Positions 48,603 to 49,518 of a stretch of 49,518 nucleotides of DNA are shown piece by piece. The stretch's first letter is position 1. Each line of letters opens with the position of its first letter. The notes beneath the pieces are model-generated. The model saw only the letters and a program-made list of their open reading frames with translations. It did not search any database and was not told where the DNA came from. The position numbers and the translations under genes were made by a program. This stretch comes from Octopus bimaculoides (taxonomy: Eukaryota): contig NC_068984.1 in assembly GCF_001194135.2 (NCBI RefSeq), positions 74,564,709 to 74,614,226 of the forward strand. The letters are read 5' to 3'.

Positions 48603-49327
48603 GTGTATAAATTATAAAACTAAGTACCAGTTAACAATCAGAATCGATTTAATCGACGATCCCGCTCTATTTTTATTAGGTCTAACCATCAGATAGCACT
48701 GTTGTTTGTGGCTCACTTTCTTTCTTACAGTCGTACTTTATTGACAATTCAGTTGTCAAAATATAGAGCAACACGTCTAAATCGTTTCTATTTCAAAAAA
48801 AGTTTAGCGATATAGTCCTAATTCAGCCTCAATTTCAATCTCTGATGCATATCATTCTAGTAGTGGTGGGAATAAATAAATAAGAATCAGTATATATTAC
48901 AATACAGGTGAAGAATAATAATGGGCTTAATTAGAATGAAAATTATTACTCAAAACAAACGTGGACTTATAATTCTGTATAATAAACAAGGGAGGTAACT
49001 TTCACATTCAAGGAAATTAACTATGAAATAAAAGAAAAATGCACATAGTTATTTCCCTTTGATTGTCAAGCTACTTTTTTCCTGAGACAAGTTATACGAA
49101 TGTTCTAGAGTAATACTAAATTCATGATGAATCAAAACATGTATGCATACATACATGCATACATGCATACATACATACATACAGACATACATACATATCT
49201 ATCTATATCTATAATAATATAGATTTAATCAAAAGATTAAATGTGGTACCTATAACCTATTGAATTTTTGTTGCTTATCTTCAAATATCTATATCTATAT
49301 ATAGGTATATATAAACATATAGTAATA

Positions 49328-49363
49328 CAGTGTACGCCCGCTTATTCACGGTTCCGCATTCGC
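49328..49363 (+). mobile_element. possible Tigger/pogo-type terminus
   Basis: TA|CAGTGTACGCCCGCTTATTCACGG resembles Tigger TIRs; no partner end in the window. Confidence 0.3.
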
Positions 49364-49518
49364 TTTAAATCTTCTTTACTGTGCAGCCATTACCTTCATT
49401 ATTTTCTTCACCATCCTCTTAAATCAATATCATCCATTATAGGTGAGGAACCGTACATTTTACTTAATGTTTTATTAAATTACTATTAAATATTATATAT
49501 GTGTGCATATATATATAT

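Overview
AT-rich, repeat-dominated eukaryotic genomic scaffold with about 15 N-gaps, almost all flanked by microsatellites. The SINE/LINE repertoire and (TA)n/(CA)n/(GATA)n load suggest a cephalopod, probably Octopus (inference from recall, not a search). No intact protein-coding gene is evident and most ORF-track entries are microsatellite or N artefacts; the only host-gene candidate is a short putative terminal exon at 40276. Recognisable content: at least four tRNA-headed SINE families (labelled A-D here for convenience), Penelope-like element (PLE) pieces (ORF N-terminus, GIY-YIG endonuclease, pseudo-LTRs with minimal type I hammerhead ribozyme motifs), three L1/Tx1-type pieces, CR1-like and RTE RT fragments, Tigger/pogo, Tc1 and DD37D-type mariner remnants, a Helitron helicase fragment, piggyBac-like and hAT-like MITEs, and a foldback element. 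Two candidate systems stand out. (1) An ORF1-only (HAL1-like) L1/Tx1 derivative sits inside a SINE-B head with a 13-bp TSD and shares its 3' end with an ORF2-bearing L1/Tx1 and with a SINE-B variant. (2) PLE hammerheads with a co-varying helix II and a shared double-A variant of the core, including an inverted-duplicated PLE nested in the internal microsatellite of a SINE. All alignments and counts were done by eye.
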